DNA from: a virus
DNA: 61,256 nucleotides
Reading direction: 5' to 3' (one strand)
Virus record (IMG/VR): IMGVR_UViG_3300045988_077016
Coordinates: 1-61,256 of that record
In this document: piece by piece, positions 35,666 through 44,812 of the stretch
Position numbering within the stretch: position 1 is the first letter of the stretch
Layout: each line of letters opens with the position of its first letter
The notes under the pieces: generated by a model
The model's database searches: none
What the model was told of the DNA's origin: nothing
What the model saw: only the letters and a program-made list of their open reading frames with translations
Position numbers and translations under genes: made by a program

Positions 35666-36399
35666 TAGTTATCCCCCTTAACAGAAGATGATGGTTTAAA
35701 ATTTTTTACATCAGTATCTTTTTTAATCTGTAAAACTCTAACAATCATTGCAATTACCTGTTCTCTTGTGGCAAACATTTGAGGCTGTGTGCCATCAGAT
35801 ATACCAAGTTCTTTAGCTTCTGCTATATCAGCTTTAGCCCAATCGCTACAAGGTTTTTCAGCACGTTCGGCTAAATTATTGTTCAAAAGTTTATCAAAAT
35901 CTGTCTGTGACATTGTTTCACCTTCTCTTAGTCTGTTTTCGACTTCGGTCAAAAACCAAGTTAAGTCTAAACCATCTTTTATGTAATTTTTATCTATTAA
36001 TATTCTGGGACAGTTCTTACCGTTCCATTGAAAATGTGTTTTGATATTTTTGATACCAAGCTTTTTCATTTTTAAAACCGTTAGTTGTACAGCATTTTCA
36101 AGTGTTTTTCTACGGTCACCACTTTCGCAAATTTCAATGGATAATGATGTAGTGTTACCATAGGTATTACCACAATGATAAGCTACTTCATTATCTGGTA
36201 TAGCCTGTATAATCTCTTTTTCATCGACACAATAATGCCAAGATGCAATACGTGTATTCGAGGGGTTATCAAACCAATCACGCTCATTACGTGCAGTGCT
36301 TTTAGTATTAGCTGTTGAGTGTATTGTTATTGATGTTTTATTTGTTTGTATACCCGGACGTAATTTGGGGTTATTTAAAAATTTTTGAACTATTATCAC
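35665..36399 (-). CDS. Endolysin: N-acetylmuramoyl-L-alanine amidase (Amidase_2/PGRP fold) with an SLH-like C-terminal module
   Basis: ITIHSTAN...SWHYCVD...AYHCG...SIEICE...H..W.GKNCP. The C-terminus DWAKADIAEAKELGISDGTQPQMFATREQVIAMIVRVL resembles one S-layer-homology repeat. Confidence 0.8.
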   Translation of the reverse strand: MIIVQKFLNNPKLRPGIQTNKTSITIHSTANTKSTARNERDWFDNPSNTRIASWHYCVDEKEIIQAIPDNEVAYHCGNTYGNTTSLSIEICESGDRRKTLENAVQLTVLKMKKLGIKNIKTHFQWNGKNCPRILIDKNYIKDGLDLTWFLTEVENRLREGETMSQTDFDKLLNNNLAERAEKPCSDWAKADIAEAKELGISDGTQPQMFATREQVIAMIVRVLQIKKDTDVKNFKPSSSVKGDN

Positions 36400-36587
36400 T
36401 TACCATCACCTTCATTAGTTGGTTTATTAAGCTGAGTGCCAAAATAAAAAGAAATTACAACTGTAAAAATTGTTAAAAACTGTTCCGGCTGAATATGCTG
36501 TGTACAAGCTAAATAAGCGAATACACCAGTTAAAACTAAAGTAACAATAGTCTTAACATTTATCAATTTGATTAACGCTTTAGACAT
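36396..36587 (-). CDS. Holin (63 aa, two TM segments)
   Basis: TM1 IVTLVLTGVFAYLAC, TM2 FLTIFTVVISFYFG, and a charged C-terminus. 4-nt overlap with the endolysin. Confidence 0.7.
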   Translation of the reverse strand: MSKALIKLINVKTIVTLVLTGVFAYLACTQHIQPEQFLTIFTVVISFYFGTQLNKPTNEGDGK

Positions 36588-36654
36588 AAAATCACCTCCC
36601 TAATAGTTTATATAATCATATTATCACTAAAAATTGACAATTACAATAGACAAA

Positions 36655-37764
36655 TTAAAAAATTTTTAGCTTAACCTTCAACTCTGACGCACTTTTTATA
36701 TGCGTATAATGCGGATACGACTTAATCGCCTTGTAAGCAGCAAGTTCTGCGGCTGTAAGCGGTGTTTCAATGGGTGTGGCGAGTATGTATATAACGATTG
36801 CACCAGTTGTCAATTTTCCCGTTGTACTCATATACTTAGTAGATAGTTGTTCATTATTATAGGATGCAATTTTTCCTATTCTCTGCACAAACACACCCCT
36901 CTTAAAATCTACTTCGTCACACACCCATTGTTGCCCTGTACTGTCTGTATAATTACCGCCAGTATCAACAGGTATACCGCAAAGTCCATTAGGTGTATTG
37001 ATTGTAAGTGTTTGGCTATTGCCGTTATTGTCTGATACCACCACATCTACACTGCCGCTGTCACCTATGCTGTTGATTGGCTGAGGATAGTCGGGATTAG
37101 GTGAAGGTATGCCGCCTGTATATGGTTCATAATTTGTTAATGTACTGCCTTTTTGCAACATTGGTTTCGTAAAATAGAATTGTCCGCCCCAGTTTGCAAA
37201 TACTAAAACTACACGATTTACATTTTCATCAAAATCATCTTTAACGCTGAATGATAAACTGTATCTTGTATATTCGTCTATCTTTGATGTTACATAAAAC
37301 TCCGCAAGATTAAACTTTACCCAGTCTTGTCCTTTTGTATTTGTATAAAATGCAATCAGTCTTACTGGGTTCAATGTATTAAAACTACCTTTAATATATC
37401 CAGAAAACGTATATGTTTCACCGACTTTGAATTTAATATTTTCTGTATGAAAATTAGGTTTAACCGATATGCCCGTATTTCTATTACCATTTTCCACATC
37501 AGCATTGACCTGCCATTCTCTGCCAGCAAAATCCGTATCTGGATTTACGATTGCTATTTTAGCATTATTTTGTGGGATAAAATAATAAGTACTATTAACC
37601 AGATTAGCTCCCGTAGTCGTTTCTTGCCAACTCTTTCCATACAGATGCAATCCCAACTCTGCACGATATGTATTATTTGCCGCTATCTCTGTGCCTTGAT
37701 ATTCATGCTCTTTTGCATGGTAGCGGTTGTTGCCATGCAGCAATAACATATTATCACTTCTCAC
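36655..37764 (-). CDS. Tail fibre / receptor-binding protein with a CBM-like beta-sandwich
   Basis: Last structural gene before the lysis cassette. Beta-rich, N/T/G/Y-rich composition. Confidence 0.5.
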   Translation of the reverse strand: MRSDNMLLLHGNNRYHAKEHEYQGTEIAANNTYRAELGLHLYGKSWQETTTGANLVNSTYYFIPQNNAKIAIVNPDTDFAGREWQVNADVENGNRNTGISVKPNFHTENIKFKVGETYTFSGYIKGSFNTLNPVRLIAFYTNTKGQDWVKFNLAEFYVTSKIDEYTRYSLSFSVKDDFDENVNRVVLVFANWGGQFYFTKPMLQKGSTLTNYEPYTGGIPSPNPDYPQPINSIGDSGSVDVVVSDNNGNSQTLTINTPNGLCGIPVDTGGNYTDSTGQQWVCDEVDFKRGVFVQRIGKIASYNNEQLSTKYMSTTGKLTTGAIVIYILATPIETPLTAAELAAYKAIKSYPHYTHIKSASELKVKLKIF

Positions 37765-38975
37765 ACAATCACCGTCCTTGACCAGTTATAATAACTGCCA
37801 TCATACAAAAACGTATATTGATACATACCACCTGTTGGCAAGTCCATATAGTCATAGTCGTAAGCTTTCTTGCTGTTTTCCGGCAGTGTTATATCTAAGT
37901 CTGTCTGTATAAGTCCGACTGCTCCGTTATACACGTTCCCGATACTTACAAGGTCAGCAGTAAGCTTGATTTTGTCAGCCGCCGAATAATCCCACACACC
38001 ATCATCAACAATCACAAAACTCTCATATCGTTTAGGTTTATTAATTAAGTCGGTATAACTGCCCGTTGTTGCGACAGTGGCAAGCTGTAAGATATTAAGC
38101 AGGTAATCTTTAGTCGGAGCAACAAGCTGTATGTCAGTCAGCCATACCCAAGTAGGATTGCTTAACGCCGTACCATCTATTGCCGTTGTATAGTACATAT
38201 AAGCGGATTGTACATCACCCAGCACAAAACAAATGTCCTTTTCTTTGGGATTTGCGATAGCTCGCATCTCTTCAATAGTCTGTGTAATGTATATTGTTGG
38301 CATTAAGCCTATAAGCTTACGTTGCTCTTCGAGGATGGCTCGGCTTTCCGTAACCATTTCAGACACCTCTGTCTTATCTGTGCCGACCTGTTCGGCAAGT
38401 TGTTTTGTCGTAGTTACGTTGGTGTCAGTCTTATCCTTGTTGAGTGATGCCGCATTGGCTTGTTCAACAGCAGTATCTTTAGCTATTACTGCATCGTTTT
38501 TAGCTGCAAGGGCTGTATCGGCATTAATTTTAGACGATTGCACATAAGACTGTAATTCTTCTTTGGATATATTTAAAACATATACAATATCAAAATCCGC
38601 TTCAATATAACTTTCGGTTGTATCAATACTGGGTGTGTTACCATTAATAAGTTCAGTACCGATAGTTTTTTTGCACAGAAATATTTTATAATCTATCTTA
38701 CTGACCGATTTATTTGTAAAATTTATCTGTATACCAAAATAAACCATTTTCACACCTAAAAAAGTTAAGGTGTCCTCTTGAGTAAATGGTACATAAAAGT
38801 ATCCGTTGTTAAGTTGTACTTTATCCGAACCATCCTTTTTATATGTTTTAGTGACAGTAGGATTATTGTCTTTTGTGCGGGATAAATAAAACTGTATACT
38901 ATCTACAGTATCTATTAAGATATTATTCAGGTTTACTTTTAACATTAACGTACTACCCGGGTTAATTACGTTCAC
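37761..38975 (-). CDS. Tail fibre protein
   Basis: 404 aa with a central Ala/Thr-rich coiled-coil segment (ALAAKNDAVIAKDTAVEQANAASLNKDKTD). Call also rests on position. Confidence 0.5.
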   Translation of the reverse strand: MNVINPGSTLMLKVNLNNILIDTVDSIQFYLSRTKDNNPTVTKTYKKDGSDKVQLNNGYFYVPFTQEDTLTFLGVKMVYFGIQINFTNKSVSKIDYKIFLCKKTIGTELINGNTPSIDTTESYIEADFDIVYVLNISKEELQSYVQSSKINADTALAAKNDAVIAKDTAVEQANAASLNKDKTDTNVTTTKQLAEQVGTDKTEVSEMVTESRAILEEQRKLIGLMPTIYITQTIEEMRAIANPKEKDICFVLGDVQSAYMYYTTAIDGTALSNPTWVWLTDIQLVAPTKDYLLNILQLATVATTGSYTDLINKPKRYESFVIVDDGVWDYSAADKIKLTADLVSIGNVYNGAVGLIQTDLDITLPENSKKAYDYDYMDLPTGGMYQYTFLYDGSYYNWSRTVIV

Positions 38976-38994
38976 ATTATCACCTCTTTACATT

Positions 38995-39022
38995 AAAAAA
39001 CGGTGGTAAATTAATACCACCG
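38995..39022 (-). terminator. Intrinsic terminator inside the tail gene block
   Basis: CGGTGGTA-AATTAA-TACCACCG followed on the minus strand by T6. Confidence 0.65.
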
Positions 39023-39034
39023 CATATGAATTTA

Positions 39035-39436
39035 TCAAATGAGCATTTTGTAGAAACTGTGAAGAAGTGTATAAGCTGCGACATCGTCTTTATTTGTGTA
39101 GACAATTTTCTTTGTGTCTGTATCGGCAATATAGAATTTATCACCTCTGGCCGAAATTACTACAAAGTTTTCTCCGATGTCCCATATATCGTACACTTTA
39201 CCGTTTACACAGGGTTTACCATCTTTAGCTGTGACTTCATCAGTCTTAATAAATTTACCTTCAATGCTACCTGCTCTGTCCTCATATTCAGTAGCTTTAA
39301 GCATACCCTTTTCGGAGAGATAAAGATAACATACACCATCATCAGGAATAGGTGTTTTAACACCCTTATCATAAGTATAGTCGTGGTGAGCATCAGCTAC
39401 CACTGTTTTCTTTTCAATAAGTTCACGCATAATCAT
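39035..39436 (-). CDS. Hypothetical protein (133 aa)
   Basis: AAGGAGG RBS and a protein-like composition. The fully antisense plus-strand ORF 39026..39448 is rejected. Confidence 0.65.
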   Translation of the reverse strand: MIMRELIEKKTVVADAHHDYTYDKGVKTPIPDDGVCYLYLSEKGMLKATEYEDRAGSIEGKFIKTDEVTAKDGKPCVNGKVYDIWDIGENFVVISARGDKFYIADTDTKKIVYTNKDDVAAYTLLHSFYKMLI

Positions 39437-39444
39437 AGACCTCC

Positions 39445-39609
39445 TTAAGCAACTGTTGTAACGGGATTACCATCAGCATCTAAACCGAGTGCTTCAAGTT
39501 CTGTTGTGACAGCTTTTCTGTATCTTGTGGGAACAAGCGGTACAGATTTATTTTCGGGGTTGCAAGTTCTTCTACCTGCGATTACAAGTGCTAAGTACAT
39601 ATCTACCAT
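39445..39609 (-). CDS. Small protein (54 aa), paralogue B
   Basis: AAGGAGG RBS. Translation is MVDMYLALVIAGRRTCNPENKSVPLVPTRYRKAVTTELEALGLDADGNPVTTVA. The ORF-track version (to 39747) over-extends through the paralogue upstream. Confidence 0.6.
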   Translation of the reverse strand: MVDMYLALVIAGRRTCNPENKSVPLVPTRYRKAVTTELEALGLDADGNPVTTVA

Positions 39610-39655
39610 ATTTAAAAACCTCCTTATAAATAAAAAGATAATAAGTGACTTTAGA

Positions 39656-39808
39656 TTACTGAGCATTGCCGTCAGCATCATACCCACCCGCCTTAAGCAT
39701 AGCCTTAACTGCTTCTCTATATGTTGCGGGTACAAGGGGTACATCAAGGTTGTCTAAATTACAAGTTCTTTTGTGTGCTAATACTAACTGATAATACATT
39801 TCTTTCAT
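39656..39808 (-). CDS. Small protein (50 aa), paralogue A, below the ORF-track cutoff
   Basis: ATGA overlap with 39805..40122. Translation is MKEMYYQLVLAHKRTCNLDNLDVPLVPATYREAVKAMLKAGGYDADGNAQ, similar along its whole length to paralogue B. Confidence 0.55.
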   Translation of the reverse strand: MKEMYYQLVLAHKRTCNLDNLDVPLVPATYREAVKAMLKAGGYDADGNAQ

Positions 39809-40122
39809 TCAGTTGTGCCTCCTCCACTTAATGCTAATACAGCTTCGTAAATAGTTGCTTGAACCTCTTGGTCGTTTAAACGGTTCTCCAGATTCTGCTC
39901 ATACTGGTCAGCTATTGCCTCCATAATAGTTAACTGTGCTTCACTTATTTTATCTGTGTCAGATAATTCAAACCGTTGTGTGGCCCAGTTATACTTCTTA
40001 CCAATGAGGTTATCTGTATTTTCTATTGTGTCTACATTAACATAAAACCTACTGGATAAATTATGGTCATAATAGAAAATATCAGTACAAATATTTTCTA
40101 AATTTATTTTAGCAAATTTCAT
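39805..40122 (-). CDS. Hypothetical tail-associated protein (105 aa)
   Basis: ORF in the tail fibre block. Confidence 0.55.
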   Translation of the reverse strand: MKFAKINLENICTDIFYYDHNLSSRFYVNVDTIENTDNLIGKKYNWATQRFELSDTDKISEAQLTIMEAIADQYEQNLENRLNDQEVQATIYEAVLALSGGGTTE

Positions 40123-40125
40123 AAA

Positions 40126-40764
40126 TTATCGCAACCTTTCTATTTTATACCAATCTAACGATATATCTCTATTGGCTTGAGCAGTTAATTTAAATCGAAT
40201 ACGTGTAATATTTACTGCTGTTACATAACAATATAACTGTTGTTTACCCTGTTCATCAAGTTTAGTACTATTTCCAAAAGGCATAGTATATAATTGGTCA
40301 CTACTTAAAACTTCTCCAGACGAATCTTCATTTTTAATTTGTAGCTCAATATGTAGCCCAATAAACGCACTCGTATTTGCAGTATACGGGGATGTACCTT
40401 GAAAGGTTATTTTATATACAGCGTTATCAGTTTGATTAATTATCACATTATTAATATCGTGGGTAACAGTTGAACCTTGAGTATTTTCAGCTATTTCCAC
40501 ACCGTCAGTAAATGTAGTTGGTACAACTAACTCAGTTGTATTACCCCTAATATCTTCCTCAATTAAGGGCTTTAGTATCGATATAACTTCATTAGTTTGT
40601 TGGGTTACATTGGCTAATTCAGTTAATACTTTATTTAATTTAGCCATTAGGGTACCAGTCGTTACTGATGCCCCTCCCCCATCATCAGAGGTTACACCAA
40701 TTCTGTTTTTAACAGCATCTAAAGTTGGTTTATCTGCTATTTGTACTCTATCCCCTGTTGCCAT
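40126..40764 (-). CDS. Tail fibre-associated protein (212 aa)
   Basis: ORF with a GAGGAGG RBS, downstream of the baseplate genes. Confidence 0.5.
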   Translation of the reverse strand: MATGDRVQIADKPTLDAVKNRIGVTSDDGGGASVTTGTLMAKLNKVLTELANVTQQTNEVISILKPLIEEDIRGNTTELVVPTTFTDGVEIAENTQGSTVTHDINNVIINQTDNAVYKITFQGTSPYTANTSAFIGLHIELQIKNEDSSGEVLSSDQLYTMPFGNSTKLDEQGKQQLYCYVTAVNITRIRFKLTAQANRDISLDWYKIERLR

Positions 40765-40765
40765 G

Positions 40766-40939
40766 TTATACCTCCTCTAAATAAACTATGCCATTAGCTG
40801 CTACGCCCCATTTATATTTAATGCTACCATCTTCTGAATATACATATTGAGCATCATATATACCCTTTTCGATTCTATTCATATCTTCGGGCATAACGGT
40901 ATCATTTGTTTGCCAGTTTGTTTTTGCGTTAAATGCCAT
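40766..40939 (-). CDS. Small tail-fibre N-terminal-motif protein (57 aa), below the ORF-track cutoff
   Basis: TAATG coupling. AKTNWQTNDTVMPEDMNRIEKGI resembles the conserved K.dW...D....D.NRIE fibre N-terminal motif. Confidence 0.5.
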   Translation of the reverse strand: MAFNAKTNWQTNDTVMPEDMNRIEKGIYDAQYVYSEDGSIKYKWGVAANGIVYLEEV

Positions 40940-41841
40940 TATAAGCCCTCCTTTATACGTATAGTATGTTTCATTATAACTGACTGCTCAACAGGCACAT
41001 ATAAGTTACTTGCAAACATATTAGTACTCGCTTTATCTAATATATTAATAGTATGTATTGTATCAATGCCAGAATCAGGTGTAACTTGATAGCTTAATGT
41101 AACTACACCCACATTATTTTCAACAGTAGCGCCAACAGATATAAAATCTGTTATAATTGCTTGACCCTCATTAATTAACACTGTTTTTATATTATCTGCT
41201 ATGCCTTTAGCGGCGTTCAATAATCCTGCATTTGCTATGGAAGGTACACTTGCCATTTTTTTAATCACCTCGTCTGAGTAGGACAAAAATGGTTTCTGTC
41301 CCAAGTTCCATGTTACACCAAGTCTGTAATTGTATACAAGATTAGCTGTTGATACTTCCTCATTAACAAGCATTAAATCACTTATTGTCGGTAAATTTAC
41401 ATACACCATATTAGCAGGTTTAATTCTTGTTAATGTAACAGCTACTTCATGTGCGTATACTTGATTTTCCGCAACTGATTCTATGTATATTGTATAATTA
41501 TCATAATCTATTGTCAATGTGTATTTGCCGACACCAATTAATTCGTCAAGTCTTTCCCGTAAAAATTTAGTGGTAAACGGTGGCTGCATCGAAATCCTGT
41601 TCATTAAACGTATTCGTCTGAAATCGAGTGTTTCGACAGATGGATTTGCCATTATACCAAGTTCATTTTCTCGATAACTTATAGCACGTTCATTTGATGT
41701 CATTATAAACTGATTATCGAGTAGTGTATTCAATTCATCTTCTGCAACATTAAAATTTTTATTTTCAGTATCAACAATTTGTTGTATTTCTTCAACATCT
41801 TTGTATACTAAGGGGAAATATTTACCAATATCAACTGACAT
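40939..41841 (-). CDS. Baseplate/tail protein, XkdU-position (DUF2313-like)
   Basis: Synteny after the baseplate J gene; 300 aa. Confidence 0.5.
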   Translation of the reverse strand: MSVDIGKYFPLVYKDVEEIQQIVDTENKNFNVAEDELNTLLDNQFIMTSNERAISYRENELGIMANPSVETLDFRRIRLMNRISMQPPFTTKFLRERLDELIGVGKYTLTIDYDNYTIYIESVAENQVYAHEVAVTLTRIKPANMVYVNLPTISDLMLVNEEVSTANLVYNYRLGVTWNLGQKPFLSYSDEVIKKMASVPSIANAGLLNAAKGIADNIKTVLINEGQAIITDFISVGATVENNVGVVTLSYQVTPDSGIDTIHTINILDKASTNMFASNLYVPVEQSVIMKHTIRIKEGL

Positions 41842-41854
41842 TTACATTACCTCC

Positions 41855-43021
41855 TTACGATTGCTGAGTTAATGTTACAGTACCGAGTTTTGGTAACTGT
41901 TGTGATTGAGCTGTTTCAATTAATTCTACATCGTTTGCACTATCATTAAGCGTAACATTAGTTACATTGGCTACACCACTGACCCTTAGTATGTTTGCAA
42001 TTATACGTGCTACATAAACAGTTACATGGTAATTATTTAATTCATCAGCTATACCCCAATTAACTCTTAATTCATCGAAATAATATTGAATAGCTTCTCG
42101 CACAGATGATTGTATTTGACCTAAAGTCACGCTACCTGTTACAGCTATTGTGGCTTTAATATTTATGGTAACTTCTGTCGGTGTTGTTACAGTTACTACA
42201 TGACCTATTGGAGCCATGCCCAAACCAGTACCCTTATCACCGTTTACGTTTTCTGGGTCAATCAGTTTTTCTAACGCCGATATAAATTCGGTTGAAATTG
42301 GATTGTATTCGGCATCAACAACACTTAATTTAACTGTGCCTCCACCATTCCAAACTGGATAAACCTGTACTTCACCAACACCATCAAGCGCCCTAATTTC
42401 TTCATCGTACTGGGCAATATTACCACCAAAGGGTTTTTGACTTAATCTTAAATAATATCGGGTACGTAATTCATCGTCAGTCTCTTGGTTTTGAGCGGGT
42501 TCAAGCAGTGTACTCATTGTAGCTGTTGCAATGCCAGAAATAAATGTAATGTTAATTAACTCACCTGTGTAATCATTACCTGTTATACCAGCTAACTCAC
42601 ATCGTAAAGCATACGCACCTGATACTGTTTTACCCTCTTCATCGATGTATGCTGATTCTACATAATAATTTACGGGTACTGATGCTGATACAGTTGTAAA
42701 TCGTGTGCCAACCGGTACTGAAATAGGTGAACCAGATTCATCTGCAAAATCAGCTCTTTTTAAAGCATACGTAGCTTGATACCTTGACATACCCTGTTCT
42801 TTGACACGTAAATCAAGATATTCACCTGTGGCACTATCTGCGTATGTATTACGATATACTTCTTTTAACTGCAAATAAAATTCGGCTAATTGATATGCGT
42901 GAGGTGCAACGGCGTCCCACATTATAGCGCCTTGTCGTTTATCGTAATCGTCTGATATTCTTACAAGACTTTTTGATAACAGATATTCGTATGTAAATTC
43001 TTGTAAGTAGTCACCAATCAT
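41855..43021 (-). CDS. Baseplate J-like protein (XkdT-like)
   Basis: 388 aa, placed by synteny within the Xkd-type module. Confidence 0.65.
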   Translation of the reverse strand: MIGDYLQEFTYEYLLSKSLVRISDDYDKRQGAIMWDAVAPHAYQLAEFYLQLKEVYRNTYADSATGEYLDLRVKEQGMSRYQATYALKRADFADESGSPISVPVGTRFTTVSASVPVNYYVESAYIDEEGKTVSGAYALRCELAGITGNDYTGELINITFISGIATATMSTLLEPAQNQETDDELRTRYYLRLSQKPFGGNIAQYDEEIRALDGVGEVQVYPVWNGGGTVKLSVVDAEYNPISTEFISALEKLIDPENVNGDKGTGLGMAPIGHVVTVTTPTEVTINIKATIAVTGSVTLGQIQSSVREAIQYYFDELRVNWGIADELNNYHVTVYVARIIANILRVSGVANVTNVTLNDSANDVELIETAQSQQLPKLGTVTLTQQS

Positions 43022-43416
43022 ATAGCCACCTCCGTTTCATAATTCAAGTCACCAAAAATAGTCCTAACTAAAAAAGTAACGTGTAAAGAATTGTAATCAG
43101 TTTTTTCAAATGCAAAGTCGGTAACGTCTTTTATTCTATTATCTTGCTTTAACGCATCATTAATTATACGGGGTATTTCAGCTATTACATAATCAAAATC
43201 TTTGCCAAGTAATTTAAGTAATTGCTGACCATAATTCCAATCGTAAATCTCATATGCGTATTTATCTGTATTTAGTATTTTCTTTATTGCCTGCATCACT
43301 GAATCTGCGCCATCAATTTTACCCATAATTCTATGATTTTCCATATCTAAACGATACGTTAAAGACGGTTGTATGTCAGCTTCAATAATTTTAGGAGTTA
43401 TAGTATTTGGTATCAT
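43018..43416 (-). CDS. Baseplate wedge protein, gp25/W-like (XkdS-position)
   Basis: 132 aa, 4-nt overlaps on both sides. Confidence 0.5.
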   Translation of the reverse strand: MIPNTITPKIIEADIQPSLTYRLDMENHRIMGKIDGADSVMQAIKKILNTDKYAYEIYDWNYGQQLLKLLGKDFDYVIAEIPRIINDALKQDNRIKDVTDFAFEKTDYNSLHVTFLVRTIFGDLNYETEVAI

Positions 43417-43769
43417 CCCTGTATCATTACTCCTTCCTTACGTTGTAATACGTAATAGAGTTGACCTCCATTGCATTTTATCATGTACACTGTATCACCC
43501 TTTTTTAGCCCTCGCCAAAGTAATACTTTTTTCTGTTCAACGGATGTATTTCGTGTCGCACCATCATCTGTATACTTATGACTATGGTGTATATCAACTG
43601 ATGTTTGTATACAAAACGGCGAAAGAATTAAAAACGTCTTGCTATATTCAACGCTGCCAACTTTTATTTTTAGTGGTGATGTGCTTGTAACACTGCCTAC
43701 AACTAAATCAGATGAATCATTGGGTGTGTATGTCACTTTTTTAATTGTTCTTGTCATACTTGCTGCCAT
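43413..43769 (-). CDS. Baseplate hub/spike small protein (XkdR-position)
   Basis: 118 aa, placed by synteny. Confidence 0.45.
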   Translation of the reverse strand: MAASMTRTIKKVTYTPNDSSDLVVGSVTSTSPLKIKVGSVEYSKTFLILSPFCIQTSVDIHHSHKYTDDGATRNTSVEQKKVLLWRGLKKGDTVYMIKCNGGQLYYVLQRKEGVMIQG

Positions 43770-43770
43770 A

Positions 43771-44748
43771 TTAAATCACCAACCTAACCGTTAAATCCAT
43801 AAGATGTTCGTTGTTTTTTAGTTTATGTGTACATTCAGTGACGAGTAGTTTTTTATAAACAGATAAATCACCAATGTCGGCTATATCTACTGTAATAAAA
43901 CTACCGGCACAAACATCAAAATTACCTAAACAATTAGAAAACTTAAGCTCTCTGCTTTTATTATCGTAGAGTTTAAGCATATTTGTTGCTTGCTGTTCTA
44001 TTTGTGCCAAATTTAAGTTTTCATCGACTTTTTTATAAAGCTGTAATAAGCCCCATTCTTTTATGTCAGCACTATTTTTTACAATGTATACAGTATGTTT
44101 ACCTGTTTCGGAATCATCACGATATAGCTTAACTTGATTGTATACATTTTTATCAATAGATGTTTCATAGCTTAAATTGGTGACACCACTTTTATCACCT
44201 AATACAACACCAGTATCAAGTGATTTTGTGTTTATATGCTCAAGTGTGCCAAAATTATCTCTGATTATAAACCACTCAGATGTATTAATTAAGGTATCAT
44301 CAAGAGCATTTTTAATCATTTCATATAGATATTTATCCGATTCACTTCTTGGCGCACAAATATAACTACTGCTATCAACAATTTTATAATTTAAACCATA
44401 CTCATTACAAAGTTGTGCGAATATTTGTGAAGAAGTCATATTTTCAAAAGCTTTTGAGTCTTTGTTTTTTAAATAACGTATTTGGTCAAAGGCGGTACAA
44501 GATATTTGTTCAACATCTTCATCCCTCGATTTGGTAAATACATAACCCTTAAATATACCTCTACCATCAATACTAATAGATATTGTTGCACCTTCCCAAA
44601 AGGCTAAACCGTCTAAACGTATTACTTTAAAAGTGCATTTACCGGCGTTATCTTCAATATAAGAGGTTATAGATATGTCATATATAGCCTCTGATACATC
44701 GTATAGAATATTATGTCTATTATCAAATATAGTTGCTTCTATATTCAT
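43771..44748 (-). CDS. Tail/baseplate hub protein (XkdQ / late-control-D-like position)
   Basis: 325 aa, placed by synteny after the tape measure and the XkdP-position gene. Confidence 0.5.
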   Translation of the reverse strand: MNIEATIFDNRHNILYDVSEAIYDISITSYIEDNAGKCTFKVIRLDGLAFWEGATISISIDGRGIFKGYVFTKSRDEDVEQISCTAFDQIRYLKNKDSKAFENMTSSQIFAQLCNEYGLNYKIVDSSSYICAPRSESDKYLYEMIKNALDDTLINTSEWFIIRDNFGTLEHINTKSLDTGVVLGDKSGVTNLSYETSIDKNVYNQVKLYRDDSETGKHTVYIVKNSADIKEWGLLQLYKKVDENLNLAQIEQQATNMLKLYDNKSRELKFSNCLGNFDVCAGSFITVDIADIGDLSVYKKLLVTECTHKLKNNEHLMDLTVRLVI

Positions 44749-44812
44749 TCTATAACCTCCACATTATTTAATCTGTATTTATTATACAATTATTAGGTTA
44801 AAATGTAAATGT

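Noticed and set aside
36655-38975. Diversity-generating retroelement targeting the fibre genes
   Set aside because: There is no reverse transcriptase ORF anywhere in the window, and I saw no template/variable repeat pair near the fibre genes' 3' ends.
39026-39448. 140-aa plus-strand ORF
   Set aside because: It is exactly antisense to 39035..39436, which has an AAGGAGG RBS and normal composition. The plus-strand translation is rich in F, I, C and V, as is typical of antisense frames, and it has no promoter or RBS.
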